Below are positions 14,701-25,700 of a stretch of DNA of 60,556 nucleotides, piece after piece. Numbering within the stretch: position 1 is the first letter of the stretch; each line of letters begins with the position of its first letter. Under the pieces are notes generated by a model. It searched no databases and was not told the origin of the DNA. It saw only the letters and a list, made by a program, of their open reading frames with translations. The translations under genes and the position numbers were made by a program. Location: positions 1 to 60,556 of the forward strand of contig NMRA01000922.1 of NCBI GenBank assembly GCA_002633005.1, read 5' to 3'. The DNA is from Phoronis australis (lineage: Eukaryota > Animalia > Phoronida).

Positions 14701-17700
14701 GAAGTACAAGGATTAATTTTGACCACGGTAGGTACATGTATGCCGCGGTATAAAGATCTTTGAATCGTCTATTTCAGGATTTTGGTGGAAGTGGTGTGGT
14801 TCATCTACTTGGTGGTACCGCTGCGCTAGTTGGTGCTGTGATCCTAGGACCTAGGATTGGGAGGTTCGATGAAGGAGACAGGGAAATTCCCGGACATTCA
14901 GTTCCCGTAAGCACATTACCGATTACTCTTTCAACAACATGACATTGTGATAAATAGAGAATCCTACACGAGTCTCGGGATTTTGACGAAATTTCCAAGA
15001 GGTTTTGCCCATGTCATGAATCTGAGACGAGTATAGGAATTTTTTCTCACATGAAACGCAAAAACGATCTTTTATGCCGAAAAACTCCACGTGTCTAAAA
15101 ACTTTCAACCACCTTACGCAACTTTTGTAAAAACACGCTTGCGCAATGTAAAGTAATTCAGTTACTTTTTGTTAATAGTTTATTTTAAACTTAAAATTGT
15201 AAATTGCATTCAGCTTTTGTAGCAAATAATCAACTTAGAATATAATGAATAGTATTTGACGTTGTAATATTAAAACTCAAAAAATGTTTATAAATAAGTC
15301 AGCAAGGCTTCCCCGCGCGTGAGCAATGAATTGACCTTTAGACAGCATAGCTAGACACTCGTCGCGTTTCTTGAGTTGGGGCTCACCTCCGTTTGAATGG
15401 ACGTGGATATGGAATTCGCCGCCGAAGATGGGTCCGTTTAGGAAGTTTTTTGCATGTCCTTCTTACTGGCAGTAGGCTTCGTATAGTTGCAACAGCCGAT
15501 TTGTCAGTCATAACCTTGCCACCTTCTCGGAATTCCAAAATTGTTTGGTTGGCACGCGTTTGATTGCTTTAGTGTTTTGCACTCGATAAAATGTAAGGCC
15601 TATGGATTTCTACGTTTCACTACATTGTGTTTTGCCCATGTAATATCAAAATATTACGTACTCGGTGTAATTCACCACTGGTGTCGTAATACACTCCAAG
15701 TCATGTGAGAAATAGAGAATATTGCTGACTGATTCTTTCTACTGCGCGCAACAGTCTAACGTAGAAAATAGCTGTTGTTTAAAAGAGTTAAAGCGAATTG
15801 AAATACTTAGAACAACACATAATCGTTGGAAGAGTGTGTATTTATGATATGCATTTACGTATTTCACAGTTGACGGCTTTGGGCGGCTTCATTCTTATCT
15901 TTGGTTTCTTTGCCTTCAACGGTGGCTCCCAGTTCGCAATCTCATCTCCTGGAGACGGACGCGCTATATCACGTGCGGTGGTCAACACAATAATTTCTGG
16001 CAGCTTCGGCTCGTTCACGTGCCTATTTGGTGGACGCATTCCCGGCTGTTCAAAGGTAACTGTAATCTATTTGATGGACGCATTCGACTGTTCCGTAGTT
16101 CGCTTTGTGTGCCATCTATATTTTACCCCATACCACACTAAATAATTATGGGACCATGTCTTCAACCTTTGTGTCTGCCTAATAAATGTAATATTTTTAC
16201 CAGAAATACCGCCAGGCTCTCATTCAAAAGCATAGTGATCTGTCGGAAAACCTTTTCTTGTACGTCTACAATATACATGTATACATGTATGTACGATGAT
16301 TGTTTGCCGATAGACAATCTCAATTATGACCATGTGATGCGTGTACCCTTAAAATTATGAGTGAAACTTGTCGGCAGCGTGACCACCCCTTCACTTCGGT
16401 CACGGCCGAACAACACCGTCTGCTTGTTGTTTTTGGACATTCAGCGCCCATGTTTCCATCTAAAATTGTGGTTGGCACCTCCCTTCTTTACATCCTAGCT
16501 CCGCCACTGATTGGTTACAAACTAGGAAACTAACGGTACAACTATCAAATCTTAAGCCAGAAACGAGATGACAAAATGTTTGGCATGAATTACAGTGCGG
16601 CAGAAAGGATAAGGCCAATTGGAGTCTCCTCTCAACCATCAATGGTGCTCTTGCCGGCATGGTCGCCATATGTGCTGGCTGTAACGTCTTTGAACCTTGG
16701 GCTGCTTGTGTAACAGGTCTAGTGGCTGGCGTTGTGTACCAGATATGGCACTTTGTGATCGTGAAACTGAAGATCGACGACCCTTTGGATGCCGCTGCAG
16801 GTACATACACCGTATAACCCCTAGTGGGCCTTACGTTAACAAACATCTACGGATAAAGTCAAGACTTCATTTTTGTTGAACATTGAGTCCTCGATTTTAC
16901 CAGCAATTGCTTGACCCGAAATGTTTTGACTGAATCTCCTAGACGTGATTTTGTAGCCAAAAGAATCGCGAAACATAGTAACGCAAAAATCATGCTGTGA
17001 AAATATTGGCGATATCCGTTAGAAAACCAACTTGAGAAGCAAGCAGTTAGTGGCCAAAAACAAATTTTTGTCCACGTATTATGCATCAATGGTCGTCAAG
17101 CAAAGATTTATTTTAAGATGCGTTCAAAGTGATATTTGTTTATAGAGAAACGTGATACTCTTTCCCCTTCATGTTAAAGTTAGAAAATTCACAAAACCGA
17201 AATTTGGACGCAAATTAGTTTAGTGAAAGTTAAGCTCGAGAAATGCTCGACACACAACCTCAATAGTTTCAACTGAAATGTGAATTTTCATTTTAGTTGG
17301 TGCACCATCACTTAAAATGGCCGCCGTAGTGAGTGACAGTTGACTCTTGCATTATGGATACTCAATCAAATGTCATCGTAGTGTAAGGTTCCCGTTGAAA
17401 CCCCGCCCATTTTTATTTTTCCATAGTAAAGAAAGAACCATAAAAAGGGCTGAGAGTTATGAAATGTTGATATCTTAGTGATTCGTTTTGACTGACGAAA
17501 CTTTTGTGCAATAATTTGGTGAATGTAAATGAACTGATATCTTTTAATCACGGTCTTAGGCTTTAATATATGCTATATTTCGTTATAGTACACGCGGGGT
17601 CCGGCTTTTGGGGTGTACTCAGTGTGCCTATCTTCAAGCGCAACACGGGTATTCTATACACCTTCTCGTCGGAGTCGTTTAAATCTCTCGGCATGAACCT

Positions 17701-20010
17701 GTTGGGTTGTCTGGCGATTGCCGGATGGAGTGCGGTCATATGTATTATAATGTTCGGATTGATGAGCGTATTTAAAATATTACGGGTCAGCAAAGAAATC
17801 GAAGAAAAAGGTGAGTGTAAATAGGTTCCTTAAAAAGGTTTCAATCAGCATGTTATGCATGCAAAAATTCCTTAAACCTTGGCTTGTTTAGTTTGGCAAA
17901 AGCCCTTCTTGTAGGAAGAATTCATTGAATACACAACCACATTGTTGACTGACAGCATTATTTAAACTCTCGCTATATCTGTCAATCCTCCAAAGAACAA
18001 CAGATCACGACATGTGTTTGAAAAAATATGCACGAAGTCTGCCAACCGACAGCACTGTCGCGTACGCAATGCATTCTTATACATGTACACCCAGGGGGGA
18101 TCGGGGACTCCAACGAGCCCCCCCTCCCCCTCGATTTGGCGAAGTGGGCAAAAACGTCCGCCCAGAGAAATAAAAAGTCCGAGAAAACGAGACAAAAGTC
18201 TCCTAAAAAGGTACAAATGCACAAATCGTATAATAGCTCTGAAAAGTGGTACCCCGTTTTTTTTTTTCGTAAAAGGTCCGCATCGTCAGAAATTCGTCCC
18301 TCGCTATATTTAACGGTGGGTGTGCGTATGTACACCGTTCAGTATGTTGGGTGGATGTTTATACATTACTGTATTAATGTTTCGTTTTCTTAATGCCTGA
18401 AATTCGAGATACTGGTCTCATGGATATACATGTATTTTATGCCGCGGCCCTCGTCATTGGCGCAAAAAATTCATTGATGCACAAGGTTTGTACATCTCGA
18501 GTCCACAGCTGCATTACTCACGCTTGTGTTGTCATATCGCGGGCATTATTATGTATCAGTTGTAAAACACCTGATTATAACAAATGAGCAAAGCAACAAA
18601 AACAAAAACAACGTAAGCGATAGGTGGTCTTGATTCAAAACATGCGGACCCCAGAGAACCCGCGTGGGCATTTGCCTATCGATGACTAGCCTATGAACAT
18701 CAGAGTATAAATAGTGACTCGTGCTATCAGACAATAGCCCAACCCACCACACTTAAAAAGATTTTTGTTTTTTTTCACGGAATACTTGTATATTAGCGTC
18801 CGACGGCGTCTTGTCCAGCGGGGTATATGTACATGTATACATGTATACATGTACATGTAATTAGTGTAACTGTCGGTTGAAATTTAAGAATGGTAGAGAT
18901 TGACATAAAGCTTCTCGTTGCCCTCTTTTAGCAATAAAATGCCGGGTATTACGATGTACGAGTTTCCAATCAATGCCAGCTAATACAAATGTGTTGAAAT
19001 TATATTATAGTGGCCTTTTTCCACGCAAGCGCGGGTAGTGCTCGTTGGCCTGGTGTGTAGGCAGCATTTTGCGGCGTGTATTAATTCCTGGATGCATAAC
19101 TGTAGTCTTTCAATAAGTTATCTTGGCAACTTTTCAAAAAATGGCAAAGCTGAGGCATACAAAGATGACAGAAAAAACCGCGAAATCATGAATAACCGAC
19201 ACAAATTGATGACCTATGGGTGTTCAATACTGACCCATAGACTTGAGGCGTTGTGGGTCAATTGACCCACAGACACATTTTTCTAAATTGAACCATGCAT
19301 CTTAAAACAATGTTCATCTGTTCGCGTGAAAAAACGCTTTGATTTTTTGATGAGTATAGTCCATAACCTAATCTGTTGTTGAAAAAGTGATACATCCACA
19401 TTCGTATTCTTCTAGGGCTAGACATCCCTAAACACGGAGAACCGGCCTACCCTTACCAGTCTTATGGAGACGGATGGGGTGGTTATGGAGGCGGTCCCAG
19501 CAAATACACGGAATCTGCTACGCATATATATCCAAACGGTAGGCCAATACCCCGCATGCTGGACGTGAGGTGTACAGAATAAGATTCATCGTTTTAAACA
19601 CGTTAAGAAGTTTAGCAACATACAGCCTACGCTATTAAATTGAATTCAGACGTAAGCCAAAATTAATATACATGTACATTTTGTTCACGCTTCGTTGATA
19701 AGCTTTGGTAGCCTAAATAGTTGGTTTGCGCTTGCATGGGTCATGTAGTTATCAATTGGCAAGGTCAACATTGGTCACGTATTTAATGCACTTACATGTA
19801 CTCCTGGAATTGCAAAGATTTCCTAAAAAAGGTTTTAATGAAAGAATCGCAATCAATTGATTTCTGAAATGGAATTTTGAAGTTTCGATTCAAGTGAAGG
19901 GAGATTGTTCTGAACCATTTTTGGTTTCAGGAAATCAAGGATTACGTGGCTGCGAAAACGGTGGTTTTAAAAACACAGCAGTTTACACTGTGGAAGATAC
20001 TGTCATGTGA
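8617..20010 (+). CDS. amt: Ammonium transporter (Amt/MEP family), 10 coding exons, 493 aa
   Basis: Exons 8617-8752, 12460-12549, 13769-13996, 14500-14582, 14778-14906, 15870-16055, 16596-16800, 17589-17810, 19416-19538 and 19931-20010 join in frame (1482 nt) with GT-AG introns. Amt motifs: [99 protein letters not shown]. An in-frame TAA precedes the ATG. Confidence 0.96.
11565..11775. repeat. Degenerate tandem array of about 21-nt palindromic units (ATCTCGTTATAACGAGAT-like), probably inside a non-autonomous DNA transposon
   Basis: Repeated ATCTCGTTACAACGAGAT, ATCTCGTTTTCACGATAG, GTCGTTTTAACTAGAT, ATTATAACGAGAT and GTCGTTATAAGGAGAT. Confidence 0.6.
12460..12549 (+). CDS. amt: Amt coding exon 2 ([29 protein letters not shown])
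   Basis: TTTTTCAG| acceptor, A|GTAAGT donor. Confidence 0.95.
12587..12677. mobile_element. Short GC-rich MITE (CAGTGGCGGAT-type termini, hAT-like)
   Basis: CAAGGGCGAATCCAG ... GGGGGACCATGGCCCCC ... CTAAATCCGCCACTG. Related termini at about 2430, 16500, 42545-42930, 49614 and 52400. Confidence 0.6.
13769..13996 (+). CDS. amt: Amt coding exon 3 ([10 protein letters not shown]...YSFMIT)
   Basis: TTTTAG| acceptor, G|GTTAGT donor; within ORF 13726-14001. Confidence 0.93.
14500..14582 (+). CDS. amt: Amt coding exon 4 ([17 protein letters not shown]...FQ)
   Basis: AAACAG| acceptor, CAG|GTATTT donor. Confidence 0.95.
14778..14906 (+). CDS. amt: Amt coding exon 5 ([13 protein letters not shown]...GHSVP)
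   Basis: TTTCAG| acceptor, |GTAAGC donor; carries the first pore His. Confidence 0.95.
15870..16055 (+). CDS. amt: Amt coding exon 6 ([20 protein letters not shown]...PGCSK)
   Basis: TTTCACAG| acceptor, AAG|GTAACT donor. Confidence 0.93.
16596..16800 (+). CDS. amt: Amt coding exon 7 ([21 protein letters not shown]...IDDPLDAAA)
   Basis: TTACAG| acceptor, CAG|GTACAT donor. Confidence 0.92.
17589..17810 (+). CDS. amt: Amt coding exon 8 (VHAGSGFWG...EIEEK)
   Basis: TTATAG| acceptor, AAG|GTGAGT donor; carries the second pore His. Confidence 0.95.
19416..19538 (+). CDS. amt: Amt coding exon 9 ([13 protein letters not shown]...IYPN)
   Basis: TTCTTCTAG| acceptor, G|GTAGGC donor. Confidence 0.9.
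19931..20010 (+). CDS. amt: Amt last coding exon ([25 protein letters not shown])
   Basis: TTTTTGGTTTCAG| acceptor in the correct phase; TGA at 20008-20010. Confidence 0.75.
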
Positions 20011-20140
20011 AATCAATTTGACAATATCGAAACAGCTACTGATTTACAAGAGGTTTTAGTAGATAACACGCTGTAATGCCGGTACAATTTCAAAGCAAGA
20101 TGATAATTTTCATCAAAATTTGCCCAGCTTTGTCACAGAA

Positions 20141-20146
20141 AATAAA
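20141..20146 (+). terminator. Candidate polyadenylation signal of the Amt gene
   Basis: AATAAA 130 nt after the stop codon, with a second copy about 16 nt further on. Confidence 0.4.
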
Positions 20147-22499
20147 ACGAAAAAAAAATAAACGACTAGAAATTGAACTGGAGATGTCAGTGCTTTGAGA
20201 TTTCGGCGAATTTCAACGACAAGAAATATCTTCAACTTTTTCAAAGCAACTGTGTATGTATATTAGCTCTTCAATTACTGTCAATGGAGTAAACGGGTTG
20301 CTTGGAATGTAATTCTCGACCAAGTCTCGCCATACATGTATATGTAACGTATTGTACCATAGCATGGATTTCTAAACATGTACATCTGAATGACTGATGT
20401 CTACCATGTCCTGCAAGGTTTTTGTGTTCACACACAATTCCACTCCCAATTACACCAGAGAATGTGTTTAAATGTTAAAACTATTGCATCGGTATTTCCA
20501 ACTATTACTTCACCTGACGAAGGGATACTTCAGAACAAAAACTGGTGAGTTTTTGGAGCAAAACTTTTTAAAAGTCGAGTGAAACATTTTACCGTTTTGT
20601 ATTGTTTGGTCCTTCTTCAGATATATTTTGCCATAGGGTTTAAACACTACTGCTCATCCATAAATTTTAACTCGATTCAAGCAGATATTTGAGCTGTAAG
20701 CATTTTTCACACTTCCGAAAAAGTAAAATAATAAGAGTGTCAGAATTGCTGTCGTTTGGCTAATTCTTAGGTTTGTCTAGGGCTGTTGTATATGAGTGAC
20801 TCAGACGCAGTTTCCGCTAACTGTTGATTATTTACAGATCCAAAGAATTAAGTTCAATGACTACATGTATATCTGTGTAAAACGAAACACCTGGTTGTAT
20901 ATGTGTCAATATGAGCATTGTGAAACACATTAGCGTGTCCCTTTAATGTATGGCCTGTTGCAAAAATGTTGTACACTGGGTGGCCATTGGTGTTGTATTT
21001 TGCTTTCATTGTGTCGGGAAAACATATTTGAAGATAGGCGTAACCCAGACCTGGTACAAGCGGCATCGTGTGCACCGTACTTCATGCATATGTCACATGC
21101 TAATGAACATGAACTCGTTAAGTGAATATTTCTTAATTGATTTTTTTTTGAAAAATCAAATCAACAATTCTTCAAACCGGAAGAGTGACGCTGTTGGCAA
21201 GTCAAACACAGTGAGTCGCTGTTGTGTTCGCTTATTAGCTCATTTTTCCGACGTCAGTTCATTTCAATTCATTTATAAAACAGACAAACTTTAGCCAAGG
21301 GGCTAGTATGACTTAAAACAGAGAAAATAGTTAAAAACAGTACATACTACTCGGATAAATAAACAATTAAAAAACCGCATCGCAAGTGTGATTTTTGAAC
21401 ATTTGCAGTGCGGTCCTGTTTCAATATTAAGATGTTTTAAATTTGCTTGTCGAATTCTCTGGCACTGCTTGGCAGTACATTCCTCACACCACAGGCTGAC
21501 AAGGAACAGCTCTAGGTATAATTATTATTTTCTTTTATTGACTAAATAAAACACCTTTGGGACCCGGTTGTTATGATTTTTGTGTTTGGCGTAGTGATAT
21601 ACTTACCATAGCAACGACTAATTCACAACTAGTTAACCAAATGAGGTCTGGGTATCGCTTAGGTTGCGTGTGTTTGGGCACACAAAACACCTTAATTCTC
21701 ATCAAGTTTGTTGAATTAAAATTTTAGATGGTATTTGATGGATGTGTTTATGATTTATTCTATACACACGTATATTTGGTTTGTGTTTATCCAATTCTTG
21801 ATGGCACTAACACCTGCGAGACGTGAGTGATATTACTGTATACACAAATGAGCTAAATGAACTAGCGTAACTCTTATAGATTTTGCCAGTCAAATACCGT
21901 AATGCATATGGCTTCATCAGGGTTATCTTCGCCAGTGAAAAATACGGAAATGTAGTTCTGACATATTTCACGGTGTGGTAACAGTTATTTCACGACCGTA
22001 TCATCACCTATGTACACTGTATAATAAAAGATATTATCACCCGCATAGATTGTGAGCACGTGCTGAGATTGTAAAAAAATAAAATGAAATAATTAACAAA
22101 ATAATAGATGAAACATAAAAATGTTCTAAAGAACAGATTCCACGACTGGTCTTTGTGGGACACTTTTCTCCAGTGGCAACCACTCAATACAAATGCCAGA
22201 CATAATAAATACGGTTCCTAGGTTGAGGTAGTTACATGTACGTACTATATGACACTATGTATGAGCAGACCGAGTCTGACAATCCATAGCACCACAGTTT
22301 GGCGATAAGAGGTCAATTGAGAAGAGAGTCAAACGCTTTGCTGAGATCCATAAGCGTGGTACACTATTTGCGTCAAGTGCTGCATTTCAGTATTCGACAA
22401 CCCTAAAAGAACTTATCGTCAGCTATAATCCCGGCTTTAAGCAGAAACGCCTGAATCCAAAATTGCGGAATAGTTGGTGACGCATAACGGATAATGCGG

Positions 22500-22700
22500 G
22501 TTGGCCTGTAAAACGAAACCACCTTGCATCTATATTTCCAAGTAGTTCATTCCGTTGTTTTGAAAGTTTGAATGTATCAAACATTTTAGCCACGACTTCA
22601 CAAGTCACACCAATCACAGTGTAAACCATCTTTCTTTTCGTACTGCACACATTGCACGGGTATTTCCACTGTAAGCCGCGCTTGATTGAGGTCTACACGC
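22500..22700 (-). mobile_element. Possible decayed PHD finger of a LINE (CR1/L2-type) ORF1
   Basis: Minus strand reads WKYPCNVC and then, after a frameshift, DGLHCDWCDL*. This matches the KYPCxxC...CDxCxxW PHD pattern of LINE ORF1 proteins. Confidence 0.4.
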
Positions 22701-25700
22701 TTACGATCAGTAAAAGTGGCCCAAACACACTTTTGAGCTTATGGTCGCCGCCATGTTCATGCTCTTAAGGCACGTGCCCTCTATTGAGCGTGACGTACAT
22801 GTATAGTAAAATTCACAGTTATTCAAGTCCAAAACTTGTCATTCAAGGATTATAGCACGATGTAAGTGCGGTGCCTATGGGGTCTACGTACAGTGTAGTG
22901 ATTACAATTTACGAAGCTGGGTCTCTCACGCAAGGGGTACGTAAAATATTAAAAATGCAATAATGTGGATCCGCAGTCAGGAAACTTTACGGACCGCCGT
23001 ATTGGTCCGTTGCCCTGCCATTGTGTTTTCCTCAATTCAAATGGGAAATTATGCATCGGGTCTGGGAATCAATATCGGGTATCGTCTCGGCCAATGTACA
23101 TGTACATAGTCAACAGAACAGAAAATGCGTCACACAACCGTATGAAACTTATTGAAAGCGCTCATTATTTCACACTTCCGGTATGAATCATTGCTATTTT
23201 TATTCGTTGCATTTTGTATGCAGTTCAAACTAAAAACGCCCAAAACACACAACTCCCTTGATAGTATGAAAAATGTATCAAAATGACAATGTTCTTTTAC
23301 AAGATACATGTGTATGTTTCAGTAACTACGTCCACCCTTCATCCATCAACTATGCAAGCAGAGTATGGTCAACTATAAGTTTTACCATTACTGTAACCAT
23401 GTCTTGGTATTTTATCGAAAGCCAGTGTCGTACCTAAAAAGGGTGTCCTAAGCGGCCTAACGCTTCATCAAATGAATGCAACAATCTATTGACCTTTTAC
23501 GAAGAGGTACACAGAGTGCTGCGCTTTTGGGGCCATGCCCACAACCACTTTTTTGAGTAACATTTCAACAACATGTCCACAAAATTTACGTTGCCCTGCA
23601 ACCCCGATACCTTAACCATAGCTTGTTTTGAAGGGTATTGTGCCTTCTACAGCATGTTGTCATTCACATAAGGATATTTTGGTGTTTATTTGGCTGAGAA
23701 ATATGTTTATAGGCCTTACTTTGTGCATTCTTATTCGCTGCCGAACAGTTACGGATGATAATAAGGCGCATTTTGATTGGTCAGTTGACACCCGTGATCA
23801 GCTTCGTTTATACCCGTCGTTAGCAACCAACAAGAACAGGCAGCCATTTTGATGACTTGATTACATCAAATTTGACTGTTTTGATCGGAATTTTATTGCT
23901 TTTTCGATGCAACACGGGTTGAAAATAGGGTAAGTAGAACTAGCGGTGCAGCGAACTTTTGGGTAAATTAGTGAAAGGGAGCACGAAATAATAGCTTTCA
24001 AACCACGAGAGGCAAAATTTGGCATTCAACAAGGCGCAAGTCAACGAGTGTAATGACTCGGCCAGTGTCGCTGGTGATAACGACTGGTAATTGTCGGAGG
24101 ATAGTTCAAGCTAAATTTTGTCTGACTGTGAGGGAAATGTTCCAGACTCTGGTTCCAGGAAAAGTGACTAATGTTTACGTTCATAGCCACAATAACAATC
24201 AGCTGAGTGGTGAGGAAGTCGACATCGCAGACACTGGTGTTTTGTTGACCAGTGGACCGGATGCTGTTCCAGTAGAATAACAACATAATTTGTTATGGCC
24301 TAGTAGGTGCTCTTAAGAAACCTGGACATTTATTAAAACTGAGAAATATACTGGCTTTTCACAGGAAATAGTCTTGACTTTAGTAGATCGTGACTTTCGA
24401 TTGTATGCTTCTTCAGTGGCACAGTTTGAGGTAAATCAATTGATAACGCATGGTCACTTGGCTCATAACACTGAGTTCCTGCATTTCTTTCAAAGTTTGA
24501 TAGCGGTGTCGTTCGCTTGCACTTGGCACAAACGCGGTTTCTTGTGTCACTACGGTGTTGGAACTGTAATCGGACTTGTCTTGGAATGCGAAGTATTGCC
24601 TTCATGTGTTTTGGCAGAAAATGGTTGCTACAACACTGATGAGCGGATTGAGAATTATCGCCAAAATTTAGTGGAAAAAAACTCACTAGTTCTAGCAAGT
24701 CCATGGAGACACCAGAAATCGTGAAGCTAGGTTGGCCACCAAAAATCGCAAATTGACACAGCTTGGAAGACCAGAAAGAAAACACCTTTGGTGCTAGGAT
24801 GAACATTGACTAAATTATGTTAAAAATGACATTAAAACTGTGATTTTATCATGTATAACAGGATATGACAACGAAAAATGCATTCTTTTTGCTAGCTTTC
24901 TTTATTGGTTTCTCTAAATGTGAATTTTGGTACTGAGAAATGTTGTAAATATAAAGCTGTTTGAGCTATACTTATAAAATTTGGCATGCACTATCTTTAC
25001 ATGTGTATCTAAAAAAAAACAACAGAAACATTTTTTCAAAATTTCGACTGAAAAAATATGATTTCTGAAAAACTGTTTTTCCCGTCCCGATTATTTTTTC
25101 CAATTTTCAATACCGTATAAGATATCATTGTGAAGAAATTTTGAATTTGCTTCTTCAGTTTTCAGTGAAGATCCTTGTTTTTTTCTAATTCAGAGAAAAC
25201 AGATCAGAAAAATCTCAACAAGTTAATGACTTATAACGTTTCTCGTGGACGTACCAATGTTACGTATTTTTGGCGCTGCCATGGCAACCGAATATTTTTT
25301 TCTTGAATTCTTTTTTGGGGTTGCCAACATCCTCCTGAAATCCATCAACATTGGAGATTTTGATAAAACACTGCCCAGTCTGTTGTTCATTCGTTCCCGG
25401 TTAAATAATAAGCCTAATGATCTGGGTTTAAGCCACTGAGGAAACGTAAATCACATTGTGTCAATATTGGTGCATTAGTTGCGGATCTCCGTCCCTAGTA
25501 GAGAAATGAATAACGACCGCACCTAATGCATCTCTACAAAACATACAAAACATGTTTTAAAGAACTGTTACCCAAAATATGTTACATGTCGAACTATAAG
25601 AATTGCCATTCGTGTGTGCAGTCAGGTCTTTTCAAGTCCGAAAAGAACTTTTGCCAAGTAAGTTTCTTTTTTCTTTCTGATCTGTTTGAAATGTGCATGC

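Noticed and set aside
15900-15930. Trp-to-Phe change in [10 protein letters not shown] relative to bacterial AmtB WFGFN
   Set aside because: To my knowledge this is usual in animal Amt proteins, so it is not evidence of altered function.
17962-18393. Four overlapping ORFs in Amt intron 8
   Set aside because: No recognisable domain. G/C runs and A-tracts indicate a non-autonomous repeat, whose ends I could not define.
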